Assembly (NCBI GenBank): GCA_030704615.1
Contig: CM060731.1
Coordinates: 28,272,001 to 28,336,000 of the forward strand
Direction of reading: 5' to 3'
DNA: 64,000 nt
Source of the DNA: Takakia lepidozioides
Taxonomy: Eukaryota > Plantae > Bryophyta
Part shown: positions 62,296-64,000 of the stretch, piece after piece
Layout: the number at the start of each line of letters is the position of its first letter
Numbering within the stretch: the first letter of the stretch is position 1
Position numbers and translations under genes: made by a program
The notes under the pieces: generated by a model
The model's database searches: none
What the model saw: the letters and a program-made list of their open reading frames with translations, nothing else
Told to the model about the DNA's origin: nothing

Positions 62296-63023
62296 TGTCG
62301 CGGCCATTTACCTTGATGGTAGGGGGTCGGGATGCAGGAGGGGCTGCCCTTGTGGTGGGGGCAGTGGCAGCGATAGGTACGGGGGGCTGAAGCACCCTTG
62401 AGTGCCCAAGGCACTCAAGGAGGCGGAGGCGCTCACTAGGTGGAGCCCCGCACACCGGGTTGCGGTGGGGGTGGCTCCACAAGGGGTGGTGGTAGCTTAG
62501 CGGGACTTAGTGGGGGTGGCATAAGACTCACCATGGGGCGGAGACCTTGGGGTGGGAGTTGTGGAGAGTCTTGGGACTCATCACGGTCCAATGGGGCCAT
62601 GGTGGGTGGGCCAAGACTCACCGCGACTCATCACCGGGAGTCGAGGGTCTTCGTGGTGGTTCACCATTAAATGACATGGTTGTTTGTGAAACCCCCGCGG
62701 AGAGTCACAGAAGTATATATAGAGGAGTAGTAACCCCGAGAACGGTGCAAGCCAGTTGGTGACCAAAAACTAGTGAGTAAGCGAGCGAGCCGGAAAGCGA
62801 CCAAGGAGTGGGGAGCTATTCCGGACTGCCATCTACCAAAGGGAATTTCCACTGGGCCCAAATTGGTGGAGGGTCTTTTGGGAGAGTAAAGGGGGACCGT
62901 TATGTCCCGGTGAGCAGCCGAAAGCTCCGAGTTGGCCCGGCGGCCAGGTTGGGAGTTAGGTGCGCGCATCAAAGCGAGTAACTATGACTTGAAGGGGAGC
63001 TTACCGAAGTGAGGTACACGATA
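62296..63023 (+). repeat. 5' LTR (~730 bp) of the right chromovirus copy
   Basis: Starts TGTCG and ends CGATA (CGACA in the sibling copy); followed by a PBS. Confidence 0.85.
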
Positions 63024-63025
63024 CT

Positions 63026-64000
63026 TGGTATCAGAGCTTAGAGTTCAGTACGTGATCGTCCTTGGGATCGGCCTCAGCATGGGGTCGGGCAAGCCAAAGC
63101 GAAAGCGGAACGGCCCGAAAGTTGAGGATCTTGGTGAGCCCGATGGGGGCGACGTGTCACTGAAGCGGCCATTTGAGGAAGCGATGCATGCTTTTGAAAA
63201 CGAGGCCTCTCAAGAACGGGAGGAATCTGAGGAGTCGGAGCCCGAGGAATCCCTGAGAGCTTCGACAGACCACCAGGTGCCTCCCATTCCAGCAGCCTTT
63301 TGGGAAGGGTTGTTGGCACAGTTTGGCGGGACGTTGAAAGACGTGTTGAAGGCGGCTAATGTAACTTCCACTAAGGCAAAGTTTAAGGTAAAGCCTAAGG
63401 AACCCGACACCTTTGAGGGCGTCCGAAATCGGAAGGCACTCAACACCTGGCTCTTGGAGCTAGAGCAGTACTTCCGGGCGGCCAAGTTGAGTGACGAGGA
63501 TCGGGTGGAAGTGGCTCCCACCTATTTGAGGGGTTATGCTCAACAATGGTGGCAGAAACACCTTCATAACCAAGGTCCAAACCCGGAAACCTTGAACTGG
63601 AGTGGGTTCAAGGAACTGATGAAGAGACAGTTTGTGCCCCTCAACGCGTCCTGGCTCGCCGGAGACAAGATGAGGAATTTGAAGCAAACGGATGACATTC
63701 AGGGATATGTTCAGGCTTTCAATGTGTTGTGACTCGAAGTCACGGACATGGTAGAACCAGAAATGGTCTTCAATTTTGTGGCGGGACTGGCCCCATGGGC
63801 CAGTTGGAAGTTGGAGGAGAAGCCATCTAAGACTTTGAGCAAAGCAATTGAGAGGGTTGAATGCTTCTCGGATGTCCCTAGGGGCAAAAGACAAGGCCGT
63901 ACGGAGCTGAACCACAAGAAGACCCGGCGGGAGGGTGATTCCTTTCGACTGGAAAAGAAGTGGGATAAGCCACGTGGCGACAATGGCATGTGGAAATCGA
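63026..64000 (+). mobile_element. Second copy of the same chromovirus: PBS and gag (stop at 63730-63732), running off the window
   Basis: TGGTATCAGAGC at 63026; MGSGKPKRKRNGPK... is closely similar to the left copy. Confidence 0.93.

Overview
Eukaryotic, repeat-rich plant DNA. The host is inferred to be a non-seed streptophyte, most likely a bryophyte, from the plant-type TFIIA gene, a chromodomain Ty3/gypsy element and RTE-X-like LINEs. There are two intron-containing host genes on the + strand: a BTB/POZ gene whose BTB domain appears split by a large insertion (~14449-27976), and TFIIA large subunit (~31499-39595). Both have introns full of two LINE families, tRNA-derived SINEs and a MITE. 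The most interesting element is a degenerate Ty3/gypsy-type retrotransposon on the - strand (~4205-10000). Its polyprotein reads Gag - CCHC - aspartic protease - a full-length DNMT3-like C5 cytosine methyltransferase domain - and then an RT/RNase H region reduced to stubs by two frame-preserving deletions. A second gypsy element (~50280-56470, -) carries a dUTPase-like domain in the same protease-RT slot. The window ends with two copies of one chromovirus arranged head-to-head as a large inverted repeat. Other observations are a divergent pair of paralogous unknown ORFs at the window start, a LINE inserted twice at one 14-bp site inside another LINE's 3' UTR, and hAT-type MITEs. Many frameshifts sit in homopolymer runs, so some may be assembly errors. 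All calls were made by eye from the sequence; no searches were run.
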